A stretch of 64,000 nt of DNA from Bacillota bacterium. Lineage in GTDB: Bacteria > Bacillota_I > Bacilli_A > RFN20 > CAG-288. Shown piece after piece: positions 28,432 to 38,096 of the stretch. Position 1 is the stretch's first letter. Each line of letters starts with the position of its first letter. Where the stretch lies: contig JAEWSJ010000006.1 in assembly GCA_023398335.1 (NCBI GenBank), positions 1,881 to 65,880 of the forward strand. The letters are read 5' to 3'. Both the position numbers and the translations under genes were made by a program. A model generated the notes under the pieces. The model searched no databases. It had not been told where the DNA came from and was given only the letters and a program-made list of their open reading frames with translations.

Positions 28432-29245
28432 AAAATTCACCTGTATAATTATCTAATTTATATTTTTCATGGTAAGTTTTTTCATATAGATCGACCACCA
28501 TGGAGTGATTAAGTTTACGCATATACTCGATATTTTCTTTCTCACTTAATTCAGGCTTTAGATAAATTGGATTAAGAATATGAATATCAGTATATTCAAT
28601 TTTTAATCCTTCTGAATCAAATAGAGAAGAATCTCTAAAGGTAATAAAAAGCGGAATTAATGGAACGTTATGCTTTATCGCGTAGTGATATGCCCCATTT
28701 TTTAATGAACGTGGCTTTTTGTAATTCCACCACATGCCTTGCTCTGGATAGAATAAGATGTATTTCTTTCTTTTTAAGTAGTAATCGACAGCTTCTTCAA
28801 ATTTACGTAATGCTTTTAAGTCGGTCATGTTAATTGGAAGCATTCCACCAGCACGCATTAAATCACCTAAGCTCCCTTTTAGATTATTGAAATAGGCTGC
28901 AGATATTTTTACATCTTTACCTTTCAAAGCATATTTAACTGATAAGCAGTCAAACATATAGACGTGGTTACAAGTAACTATTGCAGCGTCAATTCCTTTG
29001 ATATTTTCTCTACCAAATACTCTGATATGTTGAGTTTTCTCACATTCTTTTTTAGTAAATGGTTTTACGATAAATTGATTAATTAAGTCGTTCTTAATTT
29101 TTGTCCAACCATGTTTGATATATGGATAATCTTTGGTGACAGGATAAGAATCATTTACATCAAAAGGATCTACATGAGAGTTATACTCACCTTTCTTTTC
29201 TGCTTCAGCAATGTTAGCTAAAACATCTTTACGTGGTGTGTTCAT
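28430..29245 (-). CDS. Lysophospholipid/glycerolipid acyltransferase (LPLAT/PlsC-like) family protein
   Basis: 271 aa. HX4D motif (CNHVYMFD) and YPEQG (the FPEGTR-equivalent block). Paralogous to the ORF at 30529-31305. Confidence 0.6.
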   Translation of the reverse strand: MNTPRKDVLANIAEAEKKGEYNSHVDPFDVNDSYPVTKDYPYIKHGWTKIKNDLINQFIVKPFTKKECEKTQHIRVFGRENIKGIDAAIVTCNHVYMFDCLSVKYALKGKDVKISAAYFNNLKGSLGDLMRAGGMLPINMTDLKALRKFEEAVDYYLKRKKYILFYPEQGMWWNYKKPRSLKNGAYHYAIKHNVPLIPLFITFRDSSLFDSEGLKIEYTDIHILNPIYLKPELSEKENIEYMRKLNHSMVVDLYEKTYHEKYKLDNYTGEF

Positions 29246-29247
29246 AT

Positions 29248-30525
29248 TTATTTTCTTTCTACGGTAGCGTTTCTTTCAATCGGAACCCAGTCTGCTTCTT
29301 GTTTTCCAAATAAAGCGTGATAACAAACCTTAATATAATCAAGCTCAAAAATTGGATTTAAGAATAATACTAAGAAGCGTTTATAGATAGGACATTTCAT
29401 TTTCTTCCAATCAACAATTAATACGAACAAAGTCATAATGAAGAAACTTATATACATGAATGAGAATGAAACTAAAGCGTTAATAAAGCAGATGAGACTG
29501 CTGCTGTAAAATCCGGTTAACAAGAAAGCTAGACTGCAAAGTAAAGACGTGAATAGATAAAAAGTAACAAATCCATAAATTACGAATGTTGGATATAATC
29601 CGTTTAGATAATATCTTTGTAATCTGTCTCTTTTACTAGTCATAACTTTTTTTAACTTTGCATCGTAAAGACGATGAGAATCAACATAACCTTTTAACCA
29701 TCTATTTCTACGAGTTGTTGTAACTTTAAATGATTCAGCTTCATCCATATATATCATGGAATAAGAACAGTAATATTGTTTAAAACCGTATAAAGGAGTG
29801 GCATACATCATTTCCATATCTTCGGTCATAGTTTTGTTAAACTTAAAACCATCAGTAGCATCTAAGACAGATTTTTTGAAGGCAATACCAGTGGTAATTG
29901 GCATTTGATATAAGTGATGATCAGATTTAAATCTGTTGCCGAGTTCATCGATTAATGGCCAGATTGTTCCATTGCACATTCCAGATATAGAGCCGGAGTT
30001 TTTACCACGTAAGATATAGTTCTTTGACATTTTCTTACATGTCACAATATCGGCGGAAGAAGCGAAACCGTTATTAAGTTCACTTAAGCAATCTTTTTCT
30101 AACCAACAGTCAGCATCGATGACCATATAAACGTCATAGAATTTTTGTGCTTTGTTATATTCTGTTAAGCAGATATCAAGTGCTTCTTCTTTATTTCTTT
30201 GCTCACTGGCAATTAGATAAGTGAAGCCATATTCTTTTGCTATATCGATTGTTGGATCATCGTTTGTTTTAACAATAAACACAACGTCAAATTTATCTTT
30301 GTTATATGTTTGATTACTTAAGCAATTCATAATTCCACGAATAATAGATGATTCATTTCTGGCTGGAACCATAACTAATATTCTGTTTTCTTCGTGATTA
30401 ATTAAGTGTTTTTGCTTCTTAAATGGAGCAAAATAGCAGATTAATCTTGGTGAATAATATAGTAAGCCAAGTCCGACTAAGCCTAAAAAAACATATAGTG
30501 ATATTTGTAATGCAGTATCTAACAT
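29248..30525 (-). CDS. Membrane-bound family 2 glycosyltransferase (putative glycolipid synthase)
   Basis: 425 aa. N-terminal TM helix, a GT-A domain with DXD (IDADCW), and C-terminal TM helices. Resembles Mollicutes processive glycolipid synthases. Confidence 0.65.
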   Translation of the reverse strand: MLDTALQISLYVFLGLVGLGLLYYSPRLICYFAPFKKQKHLINHEENRILVMVPARNESSIIRGIMNCLSNQTYNKDKFDVVFIVKTNDDPTIDIAKEYGFTYLIASEQRNKEEALDICLTEYNKAQKFYDVYMVIDADCWLEKDCLSELNNGFASSADIVTCKKMSKNYILRGKNSGSISGMCNGTIWPLIDELGNRFKSDHHLYQMPITTGIAFKKSVLDATDGFKFNKTMTEDMEMMYATPLYGFKQYYCSYSMIYMDEAESFKVTTTRRNRWLKGYVDSHRLYDAKLKKVMTSKRDRLQRYYLNGLYPTFVIYGFVTFYLFTSLLCSLAFLLTGFYSSSLICFINALVSFSFMYISFFIMTLFVLIVDWKKMKCPIYKRFLVLFLNPIFELDYIKVCYHALFGKQEADWVPIERNATVERK

Positions 30526-30528
30526 AAT

Positions 30529-31305
30529 TTATTTCTCCTTTTCTTTCTTAATATAGGTGTTGTATGAGTAAGTAGAGTTTTTACTTCTTTCTACCATCGT
30601 GTTATAAATTCTATTTCTTAAATCTTCTCTTTGATCTACCTCGTTAAGTTCGTTATTTACGTAGAAAGGTCCATCGCAATAAACTGTCATTTTTGGTTTA
30701 GTTGAATGTTTTCTTTTTTGATAAGTAACAGTGAAGCAGTAAGACGGACAGAAACAAAGGCATGGGTAACGGAATGAATCAGATTTGAAATTTCTTATTT
30801 TTGTGTAATAGGGCCAAATATGTGCCTCGGGATATATGCAAATTGCGTAGTTTTGGTTAATTCTTGTTTTCATAGTATTAATGAAGTTTCGCATACCTTT
30901 AAAAGAAGGTACTGGAATTGCTCCGATCATCTGCATTATATTTCTTGTACCTTTTATTGCGAGGTTTTCACTTGAAACGACGACATAATCGCGTTTAGGA
31001 AAGGTTAGCAAAGCTGGAAGAAAACCATCGCTAGGAACGTTGGTATGATTAGCATAAAGATAATATCCTTGTTTTTTACATTGCTTAAAGCATTGACGAT
31101 TTACTATTTTTAAGTGGTGATATAACTTCATATAAACAAAATCATAAGGCAAGACAAGAAGATGATAAGTAATCCATGCGCTGAAATTCCAAAGCCAGCT
31201 TGAGTGCATATATTTATAGTTTTGATCAATATTTATTTTGTTTCTTGTTATACCAGAGAATTCATCTGATAATTCATCTTGATAATAATATGTTTTATTT
31301 TTCAT
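30529..31305 (-). CDS. LPLAT-family acyltransferase paralogue
   Basis: 258 aa. A NHTNVPSD block (H-x5-D rather than the canonical HX4D) and YPEAHIW. Shares block structure with the 28430-29245 protein. Confidence 0.5.
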   Translation of the reverse strand: MKNKTYYYQDELSDEFSGITRNKINIDQNYKYMHSSWLWNFSAWITYHLLVLPYDFVYMKLYHHLKIVNRQCFKQCKKQGYYLYANHTNVPSDGFLPALLTFPKRDYVVVSSENLAIKGTRNIMQMIGAIPVPSFKGMRNFINTMKTRINQNYAICIYPEAHIWPYYTKIRNFKSDSFRYPCLCFCPSYCFTVTYQKRKHSTKPKMTVYCDGPFYVNNELNEVDQREDLRNRIYNTMVERSKNSTYSYNTYIKKEKEK

Positions 31306-31529
31306 GCTTTCTCCTCTTCTAGTTATATTTTATTTATAAAAGACTACAAACAATACCTAATTAAGAAAGAAGACAGTATAATTGGGTTAGAATATAATTC
31401 TCAGCAAAAGAGAGTTAACTATATTTGAGAGAAATCTACATATGAAATAAGATAGAAAAGATAAAATGTATTTACTTTACTTTTCATTAAAAATTATCTA
31501 TCTTAGTTGTATATAACGGAGAAAACAAA

Positions 31530-32132
31530 ATGAATTTAAGAGAAATAGTTGGAAGCAACTTGACATATTTACGAAAAAAAGAGAATCTAACGCAATTAGA
31601 ATTAGCTAATAAACTAAATTACTCTGATAAGTCAGTTAGTAAATGGGAACATGGGGATGCCTTGCCATCGGTGGAAGACTTAATATTAATTTGCCAATAC
31701 TTTAATATTACTTTAGATCAACTAACCTCTAACGATATTGAAAAATGCAGTAAAAAAAAGAAAGATACAGATTTCAGTAATAAAATAGTTATTACGTTGT
31801 TATCGGTGTTTGGTGTCTGGCTAATAAGTACCAGTGTCTTTGTAGGACTTTCTATTTTAGATAATATGTATTATTGGCAGTCTTTTCTTTATGCGGTCCC
31901 ATTGTCTTCAATAGTCCTGCTTGTTTTTAATTCGATTTGGGGCAACACGAGATACAATCATTATATTATCTCTGTTCTAATATGGTCGATTATCACTTCA
32001 ATCTATTGTTCAGTTGGCGGTTATCAATTATGGATTATGTATCTAGTTGGTATACCTGCTCAAATAATTGTAATAATCTGGTCACGATGGAATACCACTC
32101 CAAGAATGCTTGATAAATATAAGAAGCAATAA
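31530..32132 (+). CDS. Membrane-anchored XRE-family HTH transcriptional regulator
   Basis: 200 aa. N-terminal Cro/C1 HTH (LTQLELANKLNYSDKSVSKWE), a lysine-rich linker, then four predicted TM helices. Confidence 0.7.
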   Translation: MNLREIVGSNLTYLRKKENLTQLELANKLNYSDKSVSKWEHGDALPSVEDLILICQYFNITLDQLTSNDIEKCSKKKKDTDFSNKIVITLLSVFGVWLISTSVFVGLSILDNMYYWQSFLYAVPLSSIVLLVFNSIWGNTRYNHYIISVLIWSIITSIYCSVGGYQLWIMYLVGIPAQIIVIIWSRWNTTPRMLDKYKKQ

Positions 32133-32196
32133 TTAATAACCTCATTATTTTGAACGAGTTTACTCGGGAAGACATGAGGACATTTTTTATTAAATA

Positions 32197-32223
32197 TTAG
32201 CACTCACCTATTGACACTGCTAA
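32197..32223 (+). promoter_or_regulatory. Upstream imperfect CIRCE-like inverted repeat overlapping the -35 of the hsp20 promoter
   Basis: TTAGCACTC-acctattga-CACTGCTAA. The left arm is a perfect CIRCE half-site. Seven of nine right-arm bases pair with it (6/9 match to the consensus GAGTGCTAA). Confidence 0.45.
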
Positions 32224-32238
32224 AATATATGCTATATT
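32211..32238 (+). promoter_or_regulatory. Sigma-A type promoter of hsp20
   Basis: Perfect -35 TTGACA (32211-32216), 16 bp spacer, -10 TATATT (32233-32238). Confidence 0.55.
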
Positions 32239-32242
32239 ATAA

Positions 32243-32269
32243 TTAGCACTAAGGTAATGAGAGTGCTAA
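32243..32269 (+). promoter_or_regulatory. CIRCE operator (HrcA binding site)
   Basis: TTAGCACTA-N9-GAGTGCTAA versus consensus TTAGCACTC-N9-GAGTGCTAA (one mismatch). It lies immediately downstream of the -10 and upstream of the RBS AGGAGG (32277-32282). Confidence 0.8.
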
Positions 32270-32289
32270 TAATTACAGGAGGTATTATT

Positions 32290-32736
32290 ATGGAAAACAA
32301 TTTACAAAGAAGAAATGATCGTGGGGTTAATTCTGATTTAGGACTTATAGATCCATTTTTCAGAGACTTATTTGGAACTCAGTTTTATTGTGATAAAAAG
32401 AATCATCAAATCATGAAGACAGATGTAAAAGAAAATGAACATGATTATGAGTTATCAGTTGAAGTACCTGGAATAGAGAAAGAAAATATTTCTTTAGCAC
32501 TTGATGATGGATATCTTACTATATCAGCTCATAAAGAAAGCAATGAAGAAACTAAAGATCATAAAGATAGATACTTAAGAAAAGAAAGATTTTCTGGCTC
32601 GTATCAAAGAAGTTTCTACGTTGGTGATGTTGATCAAGAATCAATTAACGCGAAGATGGAAAATGGTGTTTTAATCATCAATGTTCCAAAAGAAACTGAA
32701 AAAGATAAATCTAAAAAATTTATAGATATTAAGTAA
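32290..32736 (+). CDS. Small heat-shock protein, Hsp20/alpha-crystallin family
   Basis: 148 aa from MENNLQ, with RBS AGGAGG 7 nt upstream. The longer ORF from 32257 lacks an RBS. Alpha-crystallin domain. Confidence 0.8.
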   Translation: MENNLQRRNDRGVNSDLGLIDPFFRDLFGTQFYCDKKNHQIMKTDVKENEHDYELSVEVPGIEKENISLALDDGYLTISAHKESNEETKDHKDRYLRKERFSGSYQRSFYVGDVDQESINAKMENGVLIINVPKETEKDKSKKFIDIK

Positions 32737-32787
32737 TATTAGATAAAAGAGATTAAGGCTTCAAAACCTTAATCTCTTTTTTGCTGA

Positions 32788-33606
32788 CTAGTTGTTGTGA
32801 AATTCTTCTTTTTTACCGCTATATTCGTTTAGTATTTCATCATATGAATTAGTCTTTAGAACACTATGAACTTTGTCTACCATCCATGGTTTTATATTTA
32901 TGGTGTGAAAGAAAGGCCACCAACGAATAGTTTTAGAAAAGTGACGAATTACTGTGTCATCTTGTCTTTTATGTTGTTCGTTATATTTAAAATCAAGAAA
33001 TTTACGCTTTATTACGTGTTTATTTAAGGCGTCTTGGTCTAGAAATGCTGTTTTCTTTTCCGCTAATGATTTTCGACATTTTTCAAACAATTTTGTTTCT
33101 TTGATCTTTTTCATATTTAGCAACATAACCCCAGCATTTTGATAATCTTTTGATATCCAGGTTTGTCCAAGGTAATCATGGGCCGCAAGGAATTCACAAT
33201 CTTCAAAATCTAGATTGAATAATTCATGAATATTATTAAGAATCATCGTGTCTGTATCTAGATAGAGAATTCTTTCGGGAAGATTTAATTTATCTCCTAG
33301 CAACCTTAATAAGGTATAAGGAGTATAAACGGAAGTAATATCTGTCCTTTTACCCATGGTATCCATAAATTCTTTTGTACAATCTACACTAATGAATGAA
33401 GAAGAATTGTTTTTGGATTTTAATAACGAATCAAGATATTTTGCCTGAGAAGAAGTTATTGAAACAAATGATGGATTATATTCATGTAAATCCATGCTTG
33501 CAAAATAGATATTGACTGGTTCGTCGTTATATTTAATATAAGAAAGGACGACAATTAATAAGCCGTCTTGAACATTCTTATTTCCTGACAATAATAAGTT
33601 AATCAT
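32788..33606 (-). CDS. Family 8 glycosyltransferase (LPS/glycolipid alpha-glycosyltransferase-like)
   Basis: 272 aa. GT8 motifs YLDTDTMI (DXD) and the HF..K.KPW region. Confidence 0.65.
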   Translation of the reverse strand: MINLLLSGNKNVQDGLLIVVLSYIKYNDEPVNIYFASMDLHEYNPSFVSITSSQAKYLDSLLKSKNNSSSFISVDCTKEFMDTMGKRTDITSVYTPYTLLRLLGDKLNLPERILYLDTDTMILNNIHELFNLDFEDCEFLAAHDYLGQTWISKDYQNAGVMLLNMKKIKETKLFEKCRKSLAEKKTAFLDQDALNKHVIKRKFLDFKYNEQHKRQDDTVIRHFSKTIRWWPFFHTINIKPWMVDKVHSVLKTNSYDEILNEYSGKKEEFHNN

Positions 33607-33903
33607 ATATGCACCTCTAGTAATTTAAAGTGTAGTATATTTTTGATATTGTGTCGATTATTTTGTTGGTAAACTATTTATTAATTGCTTTACTCTTGCA
33701 TTTTATCTTATAATGTAATTGTACTTAAAAAGAGTACAAAGATAACGATTGTAAAAGAGTATTACTCTGATTTGTTTATAGTTTATATAAGTTTTAATAA
33801 TATAATTCTAATATAAGTATTTTATCAATGTGTAAATATAATTTTATAATATTAATCTTTAAGCGTATGATGCACGTTTTTATGCATCTAGAAAGAGGAA
33901 TAT

Positions 33904-35469
33904 ATGGTGGAATTATATTTAGCGATTACGTTAATTATTGTTTTTACTTTCATCGGCTTAGCATGTGGTGCTTTAGCAATTTATTTTATCCCGCATTTCA
34001 GGGAAAAAAGAGCTAAAACAAATTACGATAAAATAATTCATGATGCTGAAATCAAAGCGGATCACATTCAAATGAATGCTAAAATCGATGCGAAGACATT
34101 AACAAATGAATTAAAATCAGCCGCCGATAAAGAGATTAGAGAGAGAAAACAAACCGTTGCAGAATTAGAGAAAAAATTAGATCAAAGAGAAGCTGGCGTT
34201 GATCGTAGAGATCAAGCGATTCAATCAAAGGAAGATGCTTTGGAAGCAAAGAAGAACTCCTATGAACAAAAGATTGCAAATCTTGACAAGAAAGAAAATG
34301 AAGTCCAAGCCAAACTAGATTCAATTATTTCCGAACTTCAAAAAGTATCAGAAATGTCACTTAATGATGCTCGTTCTGAACTTATGAAGAGAGTCGAAGA
34401 AAAGATGGCAAAAGAAATTGCCAACTATATGAAGAACAAAGAAGATGAAGCTGAAGAACAAAGTGAAAATAAAGCCAAAGAAATTATTTCTTTAGCTATT
34501 GCAAAGTATTCACAAGATGTTACTTCTGAACAAACAGTTTCAACAGTGGTACTTCCATCTGAAGAAATGAAGGGTCGTATTATTGGTCGTGAAGGTCGTA
34601 ATATTAAATCACTTGAATCTTTATTAGGAGTTGATGTCATCATTGACGATACTCCTGAAGTTATAACTGTCTCATGTTTTGATCCGATTAGAAGAGAAAT
34701 CGCTCGATTAACTCTTGAAGGATTAATTAAAGATGGTCGTATTCAACCAGGAAGAATTGAAGAAATTTTCAATCGTGTTAAATCTGAAATGCAAGATACA
34801 GTTCACAAGATTGGTGAACAAACTGTTAACAAATTAGGTATTGCTCGTGTAAATAGAGAAATGCTTGATTATATTGGTCGTTTAAAATATCGTACATCCT
34901 ACGGACAAAACGCTCTTGATCATTGTATTCAAGTCTCCATTCTTTGTGGAATTATGGCTTCTGAACTTGGTCTTGATCAATCTCTCGCAAAGAGAGCTGG
35001 TTTATTTCATGATATTGGTAAATCTGCAGACTTTGAATTAGAAGGTAGCCACGTTGAAGTTGGTGTTAGATTAGCAAAGAAGTTTGGTGAAAACGATGTT
35101 GTTATAAACGCTATCGAATCTCACCATGGTGATGTTCCAGCTAAATATGTTATTTCTACTTTAGTCCAAGCTGCTGATACTTTATCGGCTGCTAGACCTG
35201 GTGCTAGAAGTGAAACTCTTGAAAACTACGTTCAAAGAATTGAAGCTTTGGAAAAAGTTTGTAAATCATTTGATGGAGTTTCAAATTGCTACGCCTTACA
35301 ATCCGGACGTGAAGTTAGAGTTACAGTTGTACCTGATAAAATTGATGATTCAGCCTCATATAAATTAGCTCATGATATTCGTGAAAAAATTGAGAATGAG
35401 ATGACATATCCAGGACAAATTAAAGTTCAAGTTATTCGTGAAGTTCGCGCTATCGAAGTTGCTAAGTAA
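33904..35469 (+). CDS. rny: Ribonuclease Y
   Basis: 521 aa. N-terminal TM anchor, coiled coil, KH domain (GREGRNIKSLE) and HD domain (HDIGK...H). Confidence 0.9.
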   Translation: MVELYLAITLIIVFTFIGLACGALAIYFIPHFREKRAKTNYDKIIHDAEIKADHIQMNAKIDAKTLTNELKSAADKEIRERKQTVAELEKKLDQREAGVDRRDQAIQSKEDALEAKKNSYEQKIANLDKKENEVQAKLDSIISELQKVSEMSLNDARSELMKRVEEKMAKEIANYMKNKEDEAEEQSENKAKEIISLAIAKYSQDVTSEQTVSTVVLPSEEMKGRIIGREGRNIKSLESLLGVDVIIDDTPEVITVSCFDPIRREIARLTLEGLIKDGRIQPGRIEEIFNRVKSEMQDTVHKIGEQTVNKLGIARVNREMLDYIGRLKYRTSYGQNALDHCIQVSILCGIMASELGLDQSLAKRAGLFHDIGKSADFELEGSHVEVGVRLAKKFGENDVVINAIESHHGDVPAKYVISTLVQAADTLSAARPGARSETLENYVQRIEALEKVCKSFDGVSNCYALQSGREVRVTVVPDKIDDSASYKLAHDIREKIENEMTYPGQIKVQVIREVRAIEVAK

Positions 35470-35474
35470 AAATT

Positions 35475-36257
35475 ATGAATATTCTTTTTATAGGTGATGT
35501 AGTTGGCAAGGTTGGTCGTAATGAAGTGATTAATAGATTATCTTATTTGAAAAACAAATATTCTATTGATTTTGTTATTGCTAATTTAGAAAACGCCACA
35601 CATGGAAAAGGGTTATCTCTTGGACATTATCGCACGATGACTGAAGCAGGAATTAACTGCGTAACAATGGGAAACCATTATTATCGTGTTGCGGATGTAT
35701 TAACTAAGAATGAAGAATTTGTCAATATGATTAGACCAGGAAATATTCATACTTCCACTCCTGGAGTTGGAACAAAAGTATTTACGGTTAAAGACAAAAC
35801 AATTCGTGTTACCAATCTAATTGGTAAAGTATTCATTGATATGGCTGATACCAATCCCTTTGATTATTTAAATAACATTATTGAAAAAGAAGATAAAACA
35901 GATATTCATATTGTAGATTTTCATGCGGAAGCTACCGGTGAAAAGATGTGTTTAGCTAAAGCCTTTGATGGTAAGTTAACCGCTGTCCTTGGCACACATA
36001 CTCATGTACAAACTAACGATGCAAGAATTCTTCCGTTAGGAACAGGATTTATGTCTGATGTTGGAATGTGCGGATTATATGAAAGTATTCTTGGTGTTGA
36101 ACCAAAAGAAGTAATAAATAGAACCTGGAAAGGAATTCCAGGGAAGTTTGTTACACCTGAAAGCGGACGTGGTCAATTAAACGCCGCAATCTTAGAAATA
36201 GATGATACGACTAATAAATTAACAAAAATTAGTCCTCTATATCTTATTGATGATTAA
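35475..36257 (+). CDS. ymdB: YmdB-family metallophosphoesterase (2',3'-cyclic-nucleotide phosphodiesterase, TIGR00282)
   Basis: 260 aa. ILFIGDVVG, GNH and DFHAE motifs. Conserved rny-ymdB pairing. Confidence 0.85.
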   Translation: MNILFIGDVVGKVGRNEVINRLSYLKNKYSIDFVIANLENATHGKGLSLGHYRTMTEAGINCVTMGNHYYRVADVLTKNEEFVNMIRPGNIHTSTPGVGTKVFTVKDKTIRVTNLIGKVFIDMADTNPFDYLNNIIEKEDKTDIHIVDFHAEATGEKMCLAKAFDGKLTAVLGTHTHVQTNDARILPLGTGFMSDVGMCGLYESILGVEPKEVINRTWKGIPGKFVTPESGRGQLNAAILEIDDTTNKLTKISPLYLIDD

Positions 36258-36316
36258 TGTATAATAAGCTAGTAAAGCATGCTAGCTTATTTTTATACTT
36301 AGATGGAGAAGAAAAG

Positions 36317-37759
36317 ATGAAGAAAGCAAACATAATTAATTGGCCATCATTAAAAGATGCCGGAAATAGAAAAAAAATAAATATTGTCACTCGTAATGCA
36401 GATCTAAATATCACTGAAAATTTAAAAAATTGGTCTAAAGGAAAAACTTTTTGTCTCTTAACATATGGCTGTCAAGCTAACGTAAGAGATTCGGAAATAC
36501 TTAAAGGTTATTTTCAGTTGCTTAATATGACTGAAACTGATGATGAAGTTAAAGCGGATGTCGTTTTATTTAACACATGTGCAATTCGTGAAAATGCCGA
36601 ATTAAAGATTTATGGTGAATTAGGCAGATTGAAAAAACAATGTCTTGCTAATCCGCAAAAGATTGTTGGCATTTGTGGTTGTATGGCTCAAGAAGAAAAG
36701 CCGATGGATTTTATTCGTAAACATTTTCCTTATGTTAATTTGGTTTTTGGAACTCATAATATCGATGATATTTTTGCACTTCTAGATGCCTGTATTACTA
36801 GTGAAGAACGTATTTTTGATGTTATTTCTTCTCAAGGTGGTATAGTTGAAAATCTACCTTCGGTTCGATTAGATGCGAATAAGGCTTTTGTAAATATTAT
36901 GTATGGATGTGATAATTTCTGTACTTATTGTATTGTTCCGTATACTAGGGGAAGACAAAGAAGTAGAAAAATCGAAGATATTGTAAACGAAGTAAAATGC
37001 TTAAAAGACAAAGGATATAAAGAAGTTACTTTAATCGGTCAAAATGTTAATGCTTATGGCTTTGATTTAGAGGAAGGTAATTCTTTCGATGTTCTTCTTG
37101 CTGCGGTTGCGGAAACTAATATTCCACGTGTAAGATTCACTACTTCTCATCCAGCATATTTTAAAGAAGAAGTATTTAAAGTTATGGCCAAATACAGCAA
37201 TATTATGCCTTCACTTCATCTTCCTTTACAATCTGGGTCTGATGCAATATTAAGTAAAATGAACCGTCACTACGATTCGAAACATTACTTAGAATTGGTG
37301 GATTTATTAAGAAAATATATTCCTGATGTTTATTTAACAACAGATATTATCGTTGGGTTCCCTAATGAAACAGAAGAAGAATTTGAAGAAACTTTAGCTT
37401 TATGTCAAAAGGTTAAATATGATTCAGCTTTCACTTTCGTTTTCTCTCCACGTGAAGGAACTCCAGCTTCTAGAATGAAAGATGAAACTAGCGAGGAAGC
37501 GAAGAAAGATCGTTTTAATCGTTTAAAGAAACTTATTGATCAAGGAATAGAGGAATCTTCCGGTAAACAAGTGGGAAAGATTGTCGAAGTTTTGTTTGAT
37601 ACCGTATCAAAGAAAGATGATAATAGAGTTTCAGGATATTCTCGTCACAATAGATTAGTTCACGTAAACGGAGATAGTTCACTTATTGGACAAATTCGAA
37701 AAGTAAAGATTACTGAATCTCATACCTTTAGTCTTATTGGAGAATTGCTCGATGACTGA
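36317..37759 (+). CDS. miaB: tRNA-i6A37 methylthiotransferase
   Basis: About 480 aa from MKKANIINW (RBS GGAGAAG). The ORF extends upstream to 36257. N-terminal MTTase cluster TYGCQANVRDSE, radical-SAM CDNFCTYC and a C-terminal TRAM domain. Confidence 0.85.
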   Translation: MKKANIINWPSLKDAGNRKKINIVTRNADLNITENLKNWSKGKTFCLLTYGCQANVRDSEILKGYFQLLNMTETDDEVKADVVLFNTCAIRENAELKIYGELGRLKKQCLANPQKIVGICGCMAQEEKPMDFIRKHFPYVNLVFGTHNIDDIFALLDACITSEERIFDVISSQGGIVENLPSVRLDANKAFVNIMYGCDNFCTYCIVPYTRGRQRSRKIEDIVNEVKCLKDKGYKEVTLIGQNVNAYGFDLEEGNSFDVLLAAVAETNIPRVRFTTSHPAYFKEEVFKVMAKYSNIMPSLHLPLQSGSDAILSKMNRHYDSKHYLELVDLLRKYIPDVYLTTDIIVGFPNETEEEFEETLALCQKVKYDSAFTFVFSPREGTPASRMKDETSEEAKKDRFNRLKKLIDQGIEESSGKQVGKIVEVLFDTVSKKDDNRVSGYSRHNRLVHVNGDSSLIGQIRKVKITESHTFSLIGELLDD

Positions 37760-38063
37760 TAGCCTTATGTTAGAAGCAGAAGATCTTATTGAGGCTTTTT
37801 ATTCTGTTGAGGTGGTGCAGAAGTATTTTAAAGCTAAAAAAATTTATGAAGAAGATGAAAGACTTATATCTCAACGTAACGAGATAAAAGAAATGAAGAA
37901 AAATCTTCCTCTTGTTTCTCTTAGTGAAAAAAGCGAATTCATCAAGCAGATAAAAAAGAATGAAGATGAGTATTATTCTTCTGCGATAGTTATTACTTAT
38001 AATAATTTAAAAGAAGAAGTTCTTGAGTTATTAGGCAAAATAAACATTATATTTAAATATTGA
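37752..38063 (+). CDS. ricA: YmcA/RicA (YlbF/YmcA family) regulatory protein
   Basis: About 103 aa from MTDSLMLEA (RBS GGAG 9 nt upstream). It sits directly after miaB as in B. subtilis. Helical YlbF/YmcA-like composition. Confidence 0.5.
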   Translation: MTDSLMLEAEDLIEAFYSVEVVQKYFKAKKIYEEDERLISQRNEIKEMKKNLPLVSLSEKSEFIKQIKKNEDEYYSSAIVITYNNLKEEVLELLGKINIIFKY

Positions 38064-38096
38064 TAAATAAATTACAAAGTGTGGTAAAATTAAATT

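Noticed and set aside
33696-33714. TTGCAT ... TATAAT as a promoter for rny
   Set aside because: The spacer between the hexamers is only 7 bp, which is incompatible with sigma-A geometry.
33828-34016. 62-aa ORF overlapping the rny promoter and start
   Set aside because: It overlaps the strongly supported RNase Y start (RBS AAAGAGGA plus ATG at 33904). It has no conservation signal and is likely spurious.
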